A DNA stretch of 64,000 bases, from contig CAVVLV010000001.1 in NCBI GenBank assembly GCA_963749235.1, positions 1,083,039-1,147,038 on the forward strand. The letters are read 5' to 3'. The stretch's first letter is position 1, and every line of letters begins with the position of its first letter. Source of the stretch: an uncultured Thermoplasmata archaeon (lineage in GTDB: Archaea; Thermoplasmatota; Thermoplasmata; Lutacidiplasmatales; UBA184). Below are positions 27,626-38,203 of the stretch, piece after piece. The position numbers and the translations under genes are program-made. The notes beneath the pieces were generated by a model, which did no database searches, had not been told where the DNA came from, and saw nothing but the letters and a program-made list of their open reading frames with translations.

Positions 27626-29065
27626 ATGCGACGGGTCGTGATCTACGATTCGATGGCCCGGGCGACGCGCGGGTTCGCCCCCATGGTGCCACCGCGCGTC
27701 CAGTTGTTCGTGTGCGGCCTCACTCCGTATGCCGACGCCCATGTGGGCCACGGGCGTCTCTTCGTGGTCTTCGACATGGTCGCTCGGGCGCTCCGGCGAT
27801 GGGGCTACCGCGTGTTCTACGTGCAGACAGTAACCAACCTCGACGACCGGGTGATCGCGCGGGCCGCGCAAGACGACGAGGACCCGCTGGCCCTATCCGA
27901 CCGCAACTACCGGGAGTTCCTGGCTCTGATGGACCGGCTGGGGGTCCACTCGGTCAATCTGCACGCGTACGCGACCGACTACATCCCCGAGATCATCGCC
28001 CAGGTCCAAGCCTTGGTGGACCGGGGCTACGCCTACCGGGCCGACGACGGCTCGGTCTACTTTTCCGTGGCGAAGTTCCCCGCCTACGGGAAGCTCTCGG
28101 GACAGCGAGTCGAGGCCCTCCAACCGGGGGCCCGCGTCGAGCGGGATGAGCGTAAGAAGGCCCCCGAGGACTTCGTCCTCTGGAAAGCGGCCACCCCTGG
28201 CGAGCCCGAGTGGGAGAGCCCCTGGGGTCCCGGTCGACCGGGGTGGCACATCGAGGACACCGCGATCACGACCCGGGTCTTCGGGCCGCGCTACGACCTT
28301 CACGGTGGGGGCCTCGACCTGATCTTCCCGCATCACGAGGCCGAGATCGCCCAGGCCGAGGCGGCGACGGGCGAAGCCCCGCTCGTGAACTATTGGATGC
28401 ATGCAGGTCTGCTCAACTTGAACGGCGAGAAGATGTCGAAATCGGTCGGCAACGTCTCCTCCCTCGCCGCGGCGACCGACCGGTACGGCCCCCGGGTCCT
28501 CCGATTCTTCTATCTCAATGCCCACTACCGCAGCGCGCTCGAGTTCGACCCCGAGCATAGCCTCGAGGAGGCTCGTGACGCCTTCGCCCGGCTGTCCCGT
28601 CCCGCAGACCGAATCGCCGAGCTGCTCGCGCGCGACGGGGAGGAACGCGCGGGCTCCGAACTGTCGGAAGAGCGGGGCCAGGCGGCCGAGGACCTGGTCG
28701 AGTTGCTCGACGACACCCTGGCCCTGGACTTCAACTCGCGAGAGGCGATCGCACTCCTCTTTGGCTGGAGCAAGGCCCTCGCCGAGGATCTGTCGGGGCT
28801 CAACGGGCTGTCGGGGAACGCACTCCGGCTGTTGGACGCTCCGTATCGGTGGGGCGACGAGGTTCTGGGGCTCTTCCCCCGAACGAGCGACTCCACGTCC
28901 GGTGCTCTGGCCGGTACCGTCCAAGTCGCGATCCGCGCCCGGGCCCGCGCGCGCGCCCGAGGCGACTACGCCGAGGCCGACCGGATCCGGGACGAGCTCC
29001 ACTCGGCGGGGGTCGCGCTCGAGGACAACGCGGCCGGCACCCGATGGGAGCCGGCCCGCGAGTAG
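27626..29065 (+). CDS. cysS: cysteine--tRNA ligase
   Basis: ORF 27626..29065 has the HIGH-type motif PYADAHVGHGR, the KMSKS motif, and the class I catalytic core. Confidence 0.95.
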   Translation: MRRVVIYDSMARATRGFAPMVPPRVQLFVCGLTPYADAHVGHGRLFVVFDMVARALRRWGYRVFYVQTVTNLDDRVIARAAQDDEDPLALSDRNYREFLALMDRLGVHSVNLHAYATDYIPEIIAQVQALVDRGYAYRADDGSVYFSVAKFPAYGKLSGQRVEALQPGARVERDERKKAPEDFVLWKAATPGEPEWESPWGPGRPGWHIEDTAITTRVFGPRYDLHGGGLDLIFPHHEAEIAQAEAATGEAPLVNYWMHAGLLNLNGEKMSKSVGNVSSLAAATDRYGPRVLRFFYLNAHYRSALEFDPEHSLEEARDAFARLSRPADRIAELLARDGEERAGSELSEERGQAAEDLVELLDDTLALDFNSREAIALLFGWSKALAEDLSGLNGLSGNALRLLDAPYRWGDEVLGLFPRTSDSTSGALAGTVQVAIRARARARARGDYAEADRIRDELHSAGVALEDNAAGTRWEPARE

Positions 29066-29069
29066 CGAC

Positions 29070-30104
29070 ATGCGCGGGTTCGGGTTCACGGATCACGGGG
29101 GGAACGACCGCCTCACCTTCGTCGATGTGGCGGAGCCCGTGGTGGGCCCGGGCGAGGTTCGGGTCCGGATCCGGGCCGCGGCGTTCAATCACCTCGACCG
29201 GTTCACGCTGGCCGGTATTCCGGGAGTCTCCATCGAACTCCCCCATATACTGGGCTCCGATGGGGCGGGGGACGTCGACAGCGTCGGCGCCGGTGTAGAG
29301 GGTCTCCGGCTCGGGCAATCGGTGCTGCTCAACCCGGGCCTCTGGGACGGGACCTGCGAAGCCTGTGCGGCGGGCAATGAGTCCTTCTGCCGTAACTACC
29401 GGATCGTCGGAGAGCACACGCAGGGCACCGCCGCCCCCTACGTAGTGGTCCCCGCGCGCAACGTCCATCCTCGTCCGGACCGCCTCTCGGTGCCTGAGGC
29501 CGCCGCCGTTCCCCTCGTCTTCCAGACCGCCTGGCGCGCGATCCGCACCGTCGGGGCCACCGGGCCGGGCGACCAGTTGGCGGTCATCGGAGCGGGGGGA
29601 GGCGCGACCACCGCGGTCGTGCAAGTGGGCAAGCTCCTCGGTGCTCGCGTAGTGGTCGCGTCGAGGAACCGCACCAAGGAGGCGGCGGCCCGGGCGATCG
29701 GAGCGGACGATTTCGTTGCGTTCGATGACGACCACCCTCTGGACCGGGTACTATGGCAGGCGAGCGGGAAGCGCGGGTTCGACGTTGTGTTCGACTCGGT
29801 CGGGGCATCCACCCTGCCTCGCTCGATCCGGGCCCTGGCTCGGGGCGGTCGGGTCGTCGTCATCGGGGCGACCTCCGGGCCGGTGGTGGAGGTCGACGTG
29901 CGCACCCTCTTCTGGCGCCAGGCCTCGATCCGAGGGAGCACGATGGCGGGCGCGGTGGAGTTTACGGAGGTCTTGGCCCACCTCGCGGCGGGACGCCTGC
30001 GGCCCGTGGTCGATTCGATCCGGCCGCTCGACGCAGCCGTGGCCGGGTTCCGCCGGTTGGAGGCGCCCGACCTATTCGGGAAGGTCGTCCTGACGGTTCC
30101 CTGA
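29070..30104 (+). CDS. zinc-type alcohol dehydrogenase / quinone oxidoreductase (MDR family)
   Basis: The ATG at 29070 inside ORF 28518..30104 gives MRGFGFTDHGGNDRLTFVDV... It has GSDGAGDV, CEACAAGNESFC, and the NAD(P) fold VIGAGGGATTAVVQ. Confidence 0.85.
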   Translation: MRGFGFTDHGGNDRLTFVDVAEPVVGPGEVRVRIRAAAFNHLDRFTLAGIPGVSIELPHILGSDGAGDVDSVGAGVEGLRLGQSVLLNPGLWDGTCEACAAGNESFCRNYRIVGEHTQGTAAPYVVVPARNVHPRPDRLSVPEAAAVPLVFQTAWRAIRTVGATGPGDQLAVIGAGGGATTAVVQVGKLLGARVVVASRNRTKEAAARAIGADDFVAFDDDHPLDRVLWQASGKRGFDVVFDSVGASTLPRSIRALARGGRVVVIGATSGPVVEVDVRTLFWRQASIRGSTMAGAVEFTEVLAHLAAGRLRPVVDSIRPLDAAVAGFRRLEAPDLFGKVVLTVP

Positions 30105-30231
30105 GCGAGACCGCCGCCAGATTCGGCGTTCCGGAGCCTCAATCCACGCGGGTTTGGCTCACGATTCCTCGGGCCGCGCCACGCCCCGGACGGGGGCGTA
30201 GCGCCCGCACCCGTCACGAGGAGAAGGGAGG

Positions 30232-30239
30232 ATTAAATA
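30232..30239 (+). promoter_or_regulatory. TATA-like box (ATTAAATA), 25 nt upstream of GTG 30264
   Basis: gattaaatagGTG resembles cttaatagGTG at 24981-24991. The spacing fits a leaderless transcript for the large surface-protein gene. Confidence 0.45.
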
Positions 30240-30263
30240 GGTGAACCCGGCCTTTCTTCGGTC

Positions 30264-33200
30264 GTGGACCGTTTTTCGGGCCATCTCTCACCGACCGAGG
30301 GATTGGAGCCTCTGGGCCGCCGACTGCTGTACGGAGCCGTTCTCACGTTCGTGCTCACCCTCATGTTGGTGGGCAGCGCGGGACTCCTTGGGGTGGCGGC
30401 CCCGGCTGCGACCCCCGCTCCCGCGGCCCCCGCCCCGGCGGCCCCCTTCGTGCCGGCCGTTCAGCCGACCATCACCCATGGCGACCTCATCGTCTCCTCG
30501 GGCGAGTTCTTCACTATCCAGCCGACCCTCGGCGGGAACACCTACTCCCAGGGAGGGAACATCACCGTCCTCGCGGGCGGCACCCTGATCGTCCGTAACG
30601 TCATTCTCTCGTTCGTCCAGTTCGTGGCCGATGTCGGGACGGCGCAGTCCCGCCTGTCGCACGTGGTCCACTTCTTGGACCAGGGAACCGTCAATGTCTA
30701 CAACTCCACCATCACGACCGACGCGACGATCCTCAACGCCTACGTAAAACTCAACGTCTCGGTCTCCGGGACGATGTCGCTCTGGAACTCGACCCTCGCC
30801 TTCCCGGGCTGGGTATCCGTGTCCGGAGTTGGGGCGGCCCTTACGCTCAACTCGAGCCTTGTGACCGGCAACCCCGCGGTCCGCTCCTTGAGCGAGGCCC
30901 CCGCCATCCTCGGTGACACACAGTACGCCCCGTCCATCCAAGCGACCGCCGGCGCAGAGCTGAATCTGTTCAACAGCACCTTGAACCAGACCTACGCGGA
31001 CAACACGGCCTTCTACGGCATGCCCGGGCCGGCGCCGCTGAACGTCTCCCAGGTCAGCATCCCCGCCAACATCACCGACTTGAGTACTGCCACCGACTCC
31101 GCCAACCTCACCCTGGACTGGCTGTATCCGAGCGGCATCGGCGGCGGCCATGTGGGGGTCTTCTACAACACGACCGGCATTGGCACCCTCTCGACCTATT
31201 CCGTCACGGTGTGGTACGCCGGCACCGGCCACCCGCTGGGCACGATCACGATCGTCAACGACACGACCGACGGCTTCGCGATGCTCAACTTCACCGCCGG
31301 GCTCACCTCGGCGATCAACGCCAAGGGGATGCTGAACTACCTGAACTATACCGGGTCGTTCGGGTCCGCCAGTCGGATTGCCGTCCAGTTCGGGCTCGAC
31401 AGCGGCGTCGCGACCCTGGCTACCCAGGTTTCGCTCAAACTCCTCCCGCCCCTCGATTACAACATCGGGGTGTCGGGCGCCGGCACCGTGCTCAACTCGG
31501 TCGACACGGTCATGGACCTCAGCTGGACCTCGCAGCCGGTCTCGGCCTACTCCGACTTCGCGCCCTTCCCCTGGGACTCGAACAAGCTCCTCGTGCAGAG
31601 CGGGGCGACGGCCTACATCGGGAACCTGAGCGTCCCCATCGCGATCCCGGGCGTCTTCAGCACTTCCGCGGTGCTCCCCGACAGCTCCAGCACGGTCTAC
31701 CTCTACCGCTGGGCGGACCTCAACCTGACCGGCCGAGGCGGCACGATCCCAATCTACGGGGCGACCGTCTCCGCCTTCTACGCCTACCCCAGCACCCAGT
31801 CCAACAACGCGACCGCGAACGGCTTGAACAACCTGGCCGCGACGAGCCCGTCGATCTGGGGCTATGTGCACTACCGGGATGTGCGGGACGGCTACCCCGG
31901 CTACGCGACGAGTGGCCGGTCCGGGTCGCGAGCATCCTGCTCGCCTCCTCCATGCTCACGGGAGCGTCGCTCCCCGACGGGGTCTTCGTCGGCGCGTACC
32001 ACTTTGGCGTCATCCTGCCGATCCCCACCAACAACAGCCGCTGGTTCAACTGGTCCGTGAGCCCCTTCCCCACTGGCGTCGCGTTCGGGACGGCGGGCTA
32101 CAGCGGTCCCGACTGGGGCCCCAACCAGCACTTCCCGCAGTACTATGCGGGAGCGGCGATCACGACCGAGACCATCAGCACGAACGGAACGGGAGTCGGC
32201 CCCCGGATCGGCCAGGACCTCACGTTCACGACGACCGTGACCTCGATCGGACCGGCCCCGATCACCTCGGCGATCGTGGACCTCGTCTACGGACGCAACG
32301 TCACCCTCGAACAGGAGACGATGGTCGTCCCGTTGACCCAGGAAGGCTCGAACTATACGTTCGCCCTTTCGTGGACGATCAATGAGACCGTCATCGGGGA
32401 CCACAGCGAGGCCGTCAACTCCTCGTTCACGGTCTTCTTCCTCTGGAACCCCGGGAACGTGTCGGGGCTGTCGGGGATCACCAATTCGTCCAAGGACTTC
32501 CTGGTCCACCCGTCCGAGATCTCCCTCACCGTATCGACCTACCCCCCGACCACGCTCAACCTGAACGACCTCTACATCACGCCGGGGATCCTCCACTACA
32601 ACACGAGCCTCGCCCACTCGGCCACCCTCATCCTGACGGCGACCCCCACGAGCGGGGGCAACGGACCCGTCGCGATCGCCGAGGTGCTCTCCCTGCCGGG
32701 AGCGTTCACGTTGAGCTGGCAATCCCTCCAGCAGCTGCTCTCGCCCGGCACGACCTACGTCATCAGCCTGGAGGCGTTCTACAACGGGGCCAACGCGACC
32801 GTCAACTTCCCGGGGACCTACGCCGTCCCGGGCGGGTCGTCGTCCAACTTCCTGAACTACAGCTTCCTCGGCCTGACGATCTGGCCGTACTGGATCGGGA
32901 TCATCGTCGGCGTCGTGGTCGTCCTCATCGCCTTCCTCATGTTCTCCCGGCGCCAGGCGGCCGGCAAGCTCGTGGAGTGCGGCGAATGCGGCAACCTCAT
33001 CCCGGAGGACGCGACCGTGTGTCCGAAGTGCGGTGCCGAGTTCGAGGCGGACCTGATCCGATGCAGCCGGTGCTCCTCGACCATTCCGGCCAACTCCAAG
33101 ATCTGCCCCGAGTGCGCGGCCCTACTCCTCGGCACCTCCGAAGAGGCGGGCGAGGCGGCCGAGCGCCAGGGCTACCAGGACTACACCGAGAAGTACCGCG

Positions 33201-33616
33201 CGGAGGGGAAGCGCGAGCTCGGGGAGAACTTCAACGAGGGCTCCTTCTGGGACTGGTGGAAGCGCCAGCCGACGTACACCCCGTACAACCAGTGGAAGCT
33301 CCAGCAGGGCCAGGGAACGCCGCGCACCGGCATGTCGGAGCCGCCCGCCTCGGGCGGCGCGATGGACACCGGCGCCCCCAGTGCCGCCCTGCCGGGAGCC
33401 GCCCTCCCGCCTTCGGCTCGACCCCCGCCGAAGGGAGGTGCCCCCGCTGCGGGTGCGCCGCCCCCGAAGGCCGCTCCCCCGAGGGCGGACGCCACGACGA
33501 GCGCTCCCGCCGGAGCGGCTCCCCCCGCGGCGGGCTTCAAGAACTGCCCTGGCTGCGGCAAGGAGATCCCGGGCGACTACCTGATCTGCCCGTTCTGCTC
33601 CTCGGTGGTCCAGTAG
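30264..33616 (+). CDS. giant N-glycosylated surface protein with a C-terminal TM and a cytoplasmic triple zinc-ribbon tail; one frameshift
   Basis: ORF 30264..32060 carries the signal anchor LLYGAVLTFVLTLMLVGSAGLLGV. ORF 31211..33616 carries the remainder. The switch is at about 31895-31930. The protein has very many N-x-S/T sequons, a TM (WIGIIVGVVVVLIAFLMF), then CGECG...CPKCG, CSRC...CPEC and CPGCG...CPFC zinc ribbons. Confidence 0.7.
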
Positions 33617-33701
33617 GCGCAGCGTACCGGTAGCGCCCCACGAACCCCTTCCTCCGACCCTAGCTCTTATCCCGTCTCGGGATACCGATGCCCGGATTCG
33701 C

Positions 33702-34933
33702 ATGCCGGGCGACTTGGAGCGCGGGCGACAGAAGGTCGGGTGGGCCCGGGCCCATATGCCCGTCCTCGAAGGGATCCGCCGCCGCTTCGAAACGACGCGG
33801 CCGTTCGAGGGCCTCACGATCTCCGCAGTGCTCCACGTCGAGTCGAAGACCGCGGCCTTGGCCCTGTCCCTTCAGGCGGGGGGGGCCAACGTGCATCTGG
33901 CCGCCGGCAATCCGCTCTCGACCGACGACGACGCGGTCGCGGTCCTCTTGGACGCGGGGGTCACCACCCACGCCGTGAAGGGGGAGTCCGTGGCCGACTT
34001 CCGAGAGGGGATCCGCGCCATGCTCGAGGCAGACCCCGACGTGATCATCGACGACGGGGCCGATCTCGTGGCCCTCATCCACAGCACGCGAACGGACCGG
34101 GGGAAGATCCGCGGCTCGACGGAAGAGACGACCACCGGGGTCATCCGCCTCAGGGCGCTGGCCCGCTCGCGTCGCCTCTGTTCCCGGCCATCGTCGTGAA
34201 CGACGCCGAGATGAAGCACCTCTTCGACAACCGCTACGGGACCGGGCAGTCGACCCTCGACGGGATCTTCTCCGCCACGAACCTCTTGATCGCCGGCCGG
34301 GTCTGCGTCGTGGCGGGCTACGGCTGGTGCGGCAAGGGCGTCGCCGCCCGGCTGCGGGGCCTGGGGGGCGAGGTGATCGTGACCGAGGTCGACCCGGTCA
34401 AGGCGATCGAGGCCCGCCTGGACGGCTTCCGGGTGACGCCGATGCTGGACGCGGCCCCCCAGGCGGACCTCATCGTCACGGTCACCGGCAACACGAGCGT
34501 GGTTCGGGCCGAGCATTTCAAGGTCCTGAAGGACGGATGTGTCCTCGCGAACTCGGGCCACTTCGATGTCGAGGTCTCGAAGACCGACCTGGAGGGCCTG
34601 GCCGTAAGCCACCGCACGGTCCGCCCGTCGGTTGAGGAGTACCGGTTCGCCGACGGGCGGCGCGCCTATCTCTTGGGAGAGGGACGGCTCATCAATCTCG
34701 CCGCGGGCCAGGGTCACCCCGTGGAGATCATGGACCTCTCGTTCGCCCTCCAGGCGCTGAGCGTGGAGCATCTCGCCCGGCACGGCATGACGATGGAGCC
34801 GCGGGTCCACCCCGTGCCACCGGAGCTCGACCGGTCGGTCGCCGAGGCCGCGCTCGTCCCCCTGGGGGTCGGACTCGACCACCTGACGCCCGAACAGGTT
34901 ACGTATCTCGGGCAATGGGAGGAAGGATCATGA
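33702..34933 (+). CDS. ahcY: adenosylhomocysteinase, split by a frameshift
   Basis: ORF 33702..34199 reads MPVLEGIRRRF...EETTTGVIRL. ORF 33740..34933 reads LFPAIVVNDAEMKHLFDNRYGTGQS..., with the NAD motif VAGYGWCGKGVA. The switch is at about 34170-34182. Confidence 0.9.
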
Positions 34934-35322
34934 CGGAGGAGAAAGTGCCCGAGGGGCTGCGGTATGCGAAGAGCCACGAGTGGGTCCGCGTCGAGGGCGA
35001 CATCCTGACGCTGGGGATCACGGACCACGCCCAGTCGCAGCTCACGGACATCGTCTTCGTCGACCTGCCGGCCGCCGGCAAGGTCGTCGCCCAGGGCGGC
35101 GGGGTCCTCGTCCTGGAGTCCGTGAAGACGGTCGCTGACGTCTACGCACCGGCGAGCGCGACCGTCGTGGAGGCGAACCCCGATCTGAAGTCGCATCCCG
35201 AGCTCATCAATCAGGACCCGTACGGCCGGGGATGGCTGGTCCGGCTCAAAGTCACGGGCCCCCTCGATCCGGCGCTCCTCGATGCCGCCGGGTACCGGGC
35301 CCTCCTCGCCTCGGGCGCCTAA
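34930..35322 (+). CDS. gcvH: glycine cleavage system H protein
   Basis: The ATG at 34930 overlaps the ahcY stop (ATGA). The protein reads LRYAKSHEWVRVEGD..., with the lipoyl-lysine motif LESVKTVADVYAP. Confidence 0.9.
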   Translation: MTEEKVPEGLRYAKSHEWVRVEGDILTLGITDHAQSQLTDIVFVDLPAAGKVVAQGGGVLVLESVKTVADVYAPASATVVEANPDLKSHPELINQDPYGRGWLVRLKVTGPLDPALLDAAGYRALLASGA

Positions 35323-35325
35323 CGG

Positions 35326-37232
35326 CTACTTCCCTTCGAACTTCGGCTTGCGTCGTTCCAAAAAGGCGCGCATCCCTTCCTTGCGGTCGGTCGTCCCGAA
35401 CGTGTGGCCGGCGGACTCCGCCTCCAAGTGGAGCGCGGTCGCCATCGCCGCGTCCTCCCCCCGGTCGATGACCTGCTTGACCCAGCGCACGGCCAGCGGG
35501 GCCCGGCTCGCGATCAGTTCGGCGAGCGCCTGCGCCTCCTCCCGCGCCGCGCCCGCCGGGAGGAGCCGGGCGACGAATCCCAGGCGGTACGCTTCCTCGG
35601 CGGAGACCGGGACCCCGGAATACGTGAGCAACTTGGTCCGGGCCCGGCCGATGAGTCGCGAGAGCCGCGTCGCTCCTCCCATGCCCGGATGGATCCCCAC
35701 GGTCACCTCGGGGAGACCGAGCTGCGCTCCTTCCGCCGCGACGATGAAGTCCGCGGCGAGCGCAAGTTCGAGTCCGCCGCCGAGCGCGTAGCCCTCGACC
35801 AGGGCGATCACCGGAGCGGGGAACCGCTCGACCCGCTCGGCCACCCGCTGGCCCAGGAAGCCGAACTCGATCCCCTCCGCGAGCGACTTCTTCTCCATCT
35901 CCGCGATGTCGGCGCCGGCGGCGAACACCGGCGACGATCCGGCGAGAACGACCGCGCGGACGCTGCGGTGGGTCTCGAGCTCCGCGAAGGCGGCCTCGAG
36001 TTGGAGCAGGACGTCCGTGTTGAGTGAGTTCAGGACCTCGGGGCGGTCGAGCAGGACCCAGGCCACCGACCCCTGGCGCTCCACCCGGACGCTGTGCAGG
36101 CCCCACGTCGTATCGCCACGGGCCGCGCGGTCCCGCAGCGCGGCCGCCACGGGAAAGTTGCCCGGCCAAACCCGGGCGTACTCCTCAACGAGTCGCAGGC
36201 CCTCGGCCAGACCGACGGCATTTAGAAGGGCGAACGGTCCGTACGTTCGCCGGAGCCCGACCGTCGCGCCCCGGTCGGTCGCCTCCGGAGTAGCGACACC
36301 CTCCTCGACGAGACGGGTCGCGATCCCGATCGTGAGACCGAGGAAGCGCGCGCGCACGACGGCCTTCTTCTCGGGCTCGACCGGGCTCTCCTTCCAGGCC
36401 CACGGCTGCCCCGAGCGGAACTGTTGCTCCAAGAGCTTCGAGGGAGCGTAGGCCGGACCGAACGCCGTGTACAGGGACGTCTCCGCGTGGAAGGCGATCG
36501 GGATCCCGGTGACGTTCATGAGCTCGAACGGGCCCAGCGTCGCCCCGAACAGCTCTCGACCGACCTCCTCGATCGTCCCTAGGTTCGCGACCCCTTCCTC
36601 GGCGAGCCGGGTCGCCTCGTTCAGGTACGGCACGAAGTAGCGGTTGACACAGAAGCCCGCCCGGTCCGCGGTGTCGATCGGGATCTTCTTCAAGAGGTAG
36701 CAGAATCGCTCGAGCTCGCGGCGGGTCGCGGGGGCCGTCTCTTCCCCGCCGATGACCTCGACCAGCTTGTTGATCGCGGCGGGGTAGAAGAAGTGCAGGC
36801 CGGCGAACCGGCCCGGGTTCGGAAACCCCTTCGCGAGGTCCGTGACCCGCAACGACGAGGTGTTCGTCGCGACGAGCGTCTCGGGACCCACGTGCGCCGC
36901 GACATCCGCGAAGACCGCGTGCTTGACCGCCGCGTCCTCGAAGACCGCTTCAATGACGAGGGCAGCTCCCCGGACGGCCTCCCCGATCTCGGTGGTGAAC
37001 CTCACTCGTCCCAGGACTTCGTCCCGGCGCGCGGGGTCAGCTTCTTGCGCTCGATCGCCCCAGCGAGCATCTTCTCGATGCGGCTGCGGCCGAGCGTCAG
37101 CGCGGCCTCATCGACGTCGCGGACCCGGACCTCGAACCCCGCCTGGGCGCACGCCTGGGCGATCCCGCTGCCCATGTTCCCGCCGCCGAGAACGGCGATG
37201 GTCGCCGGAGGACGCAGCGGAGAGGTCGCCAT
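35326..37232 (-). CDS. fused 3-hydroxyacyl-CoA dehydrogenase / enoyl-CoA hydratase (FadB-like), split by a frameshift
   Basis: The ATG at 37232 gives MATSPLRPPATIAVLGGGNMGSGIA (NAD fold). The frame of ORF 37002..37316 stops at 37002. ORF 35326..37005 continues (VRFTTEIGEAV...) and ends with a crotonase domain (GYALGGGLELALAAD). A base is missing in gtcccggcgcgcgg at about 37021-37034. Confidence 0.85.
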
Positions 37233-37342
37233 CGGTGAAACTGCCTCGAGACGGAACCCGCCTCGGCCGGGGACGAGAGGACCCGGGTAATAACCGTTCG
37301 TCGTGGGGGCGGACACTTAAGCCCGCATCGCTCGGACGGGAC

Positions 37343-38203
37343 GTGGGCGAGCTCCCGTTCCGCGACCCGGTGGAGACCGCGCTGGCCGCCGAGCAGCAGT
37401 TCGTGCGGACCCTGGGCGGCTTCGTCATGGGGATCGCCGGTGGGGACCTCGTCATCCACGAACGGATCCCCCTGTCCCGGTTCAACTTCGTCGTCGTGCA
37501 CACCTTCTCCCCCGAACGCCGGACGGCGTTCTTCGAGCGCGCGCTCGACCACTACTTCCAGCGCGCGATCCGGCCCACGTTTCGCGTTCCCGATCCGGTT
37601 CCGGCCCACGTGGACTCGGGCCTCCGCGCCCTCGGCTTCCGTCCCCGCCCCGCACCGCTCACCCTCCTCCTCTCGGGGAGTGAGCTCGCCGCTCCCGCCT
37701 CGGACCTAGTGGTCCGACCGGCGACCGCGAGCGAGTTTGACGAGATCCTGTCGCTCTGGACCACCGAAAAGGAACGGCCCGAGCTTAGGACCGCGCTCGA
37801 CATCGTCTGGCACCATCCCAACCCCGAAGAGCGCCTGACCCCGATGGTGGCCGCGCGGGACGGCACCGTCGTTTCGGCCGGGATTCTCTACGAAGCGCGG
37901 GGCGAGACCGGTCTCCATTTCATCGCCACGCGACCGGGGGAGCGGGGCCAGGGAGCCGCCTCCGCTCTCGTCAGCGGCGTCTTCGGCGGGGGCGACGGGC
38001 GGACCCGACCGAACGGGTTCCTGCTGGCGGATTCCGCTCGCTTGGAGACGGGGATCGTCCGGCTCGGGATTCCTGCCGGCGCGGGTCTTCACGGTCTACG
38101 AACTCCCCCCGAAGCGGAACTCGCCCTGCCACCCGTGCCCGCGGCCGGGCCCCCGCGTTGGCGACCCCCCCGAGGGGGAGACCCGACGCGAGGTCCGTCC
38201 TAG
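37343..38203 (+). CDS. GNAT-family N-acetyltransferase
   Basis: The GTG at 37343 lies inside ORF 36842..38203. The acetyl-CoA motif region reads LHFIATRPGERGQGAASALV. The C-terminal ~40 aa are doubtful: an alternative frame reads GFLPARVFTVYEL around 38060-38105, next to a C7 run. Confidence 0.6.
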   Translation: MGELPFRDPVETALAAEQQFVRTLGGFVMGIAGGDLVIHERIPLSRFNFVVVHTFSPERRTAFFERALDHYFQRAIRPTFRVPDPVPAHVDSGLRALGFRPRPAPLTLLLSGSELAAPASDLVVRPATASEFDEILSLWTTEKERPELRTALDIVWHHPNPEERLTPMVAARDGTVVSAGILYEARGETGLHFIATRPGERGQGAASALVSGVFGGGDGRTRPNGFLLADSARLETGIVRLGIPAGAGLHGLRTPPEAELALPPVPAAGPPRWRPPRGGDPTRGPS

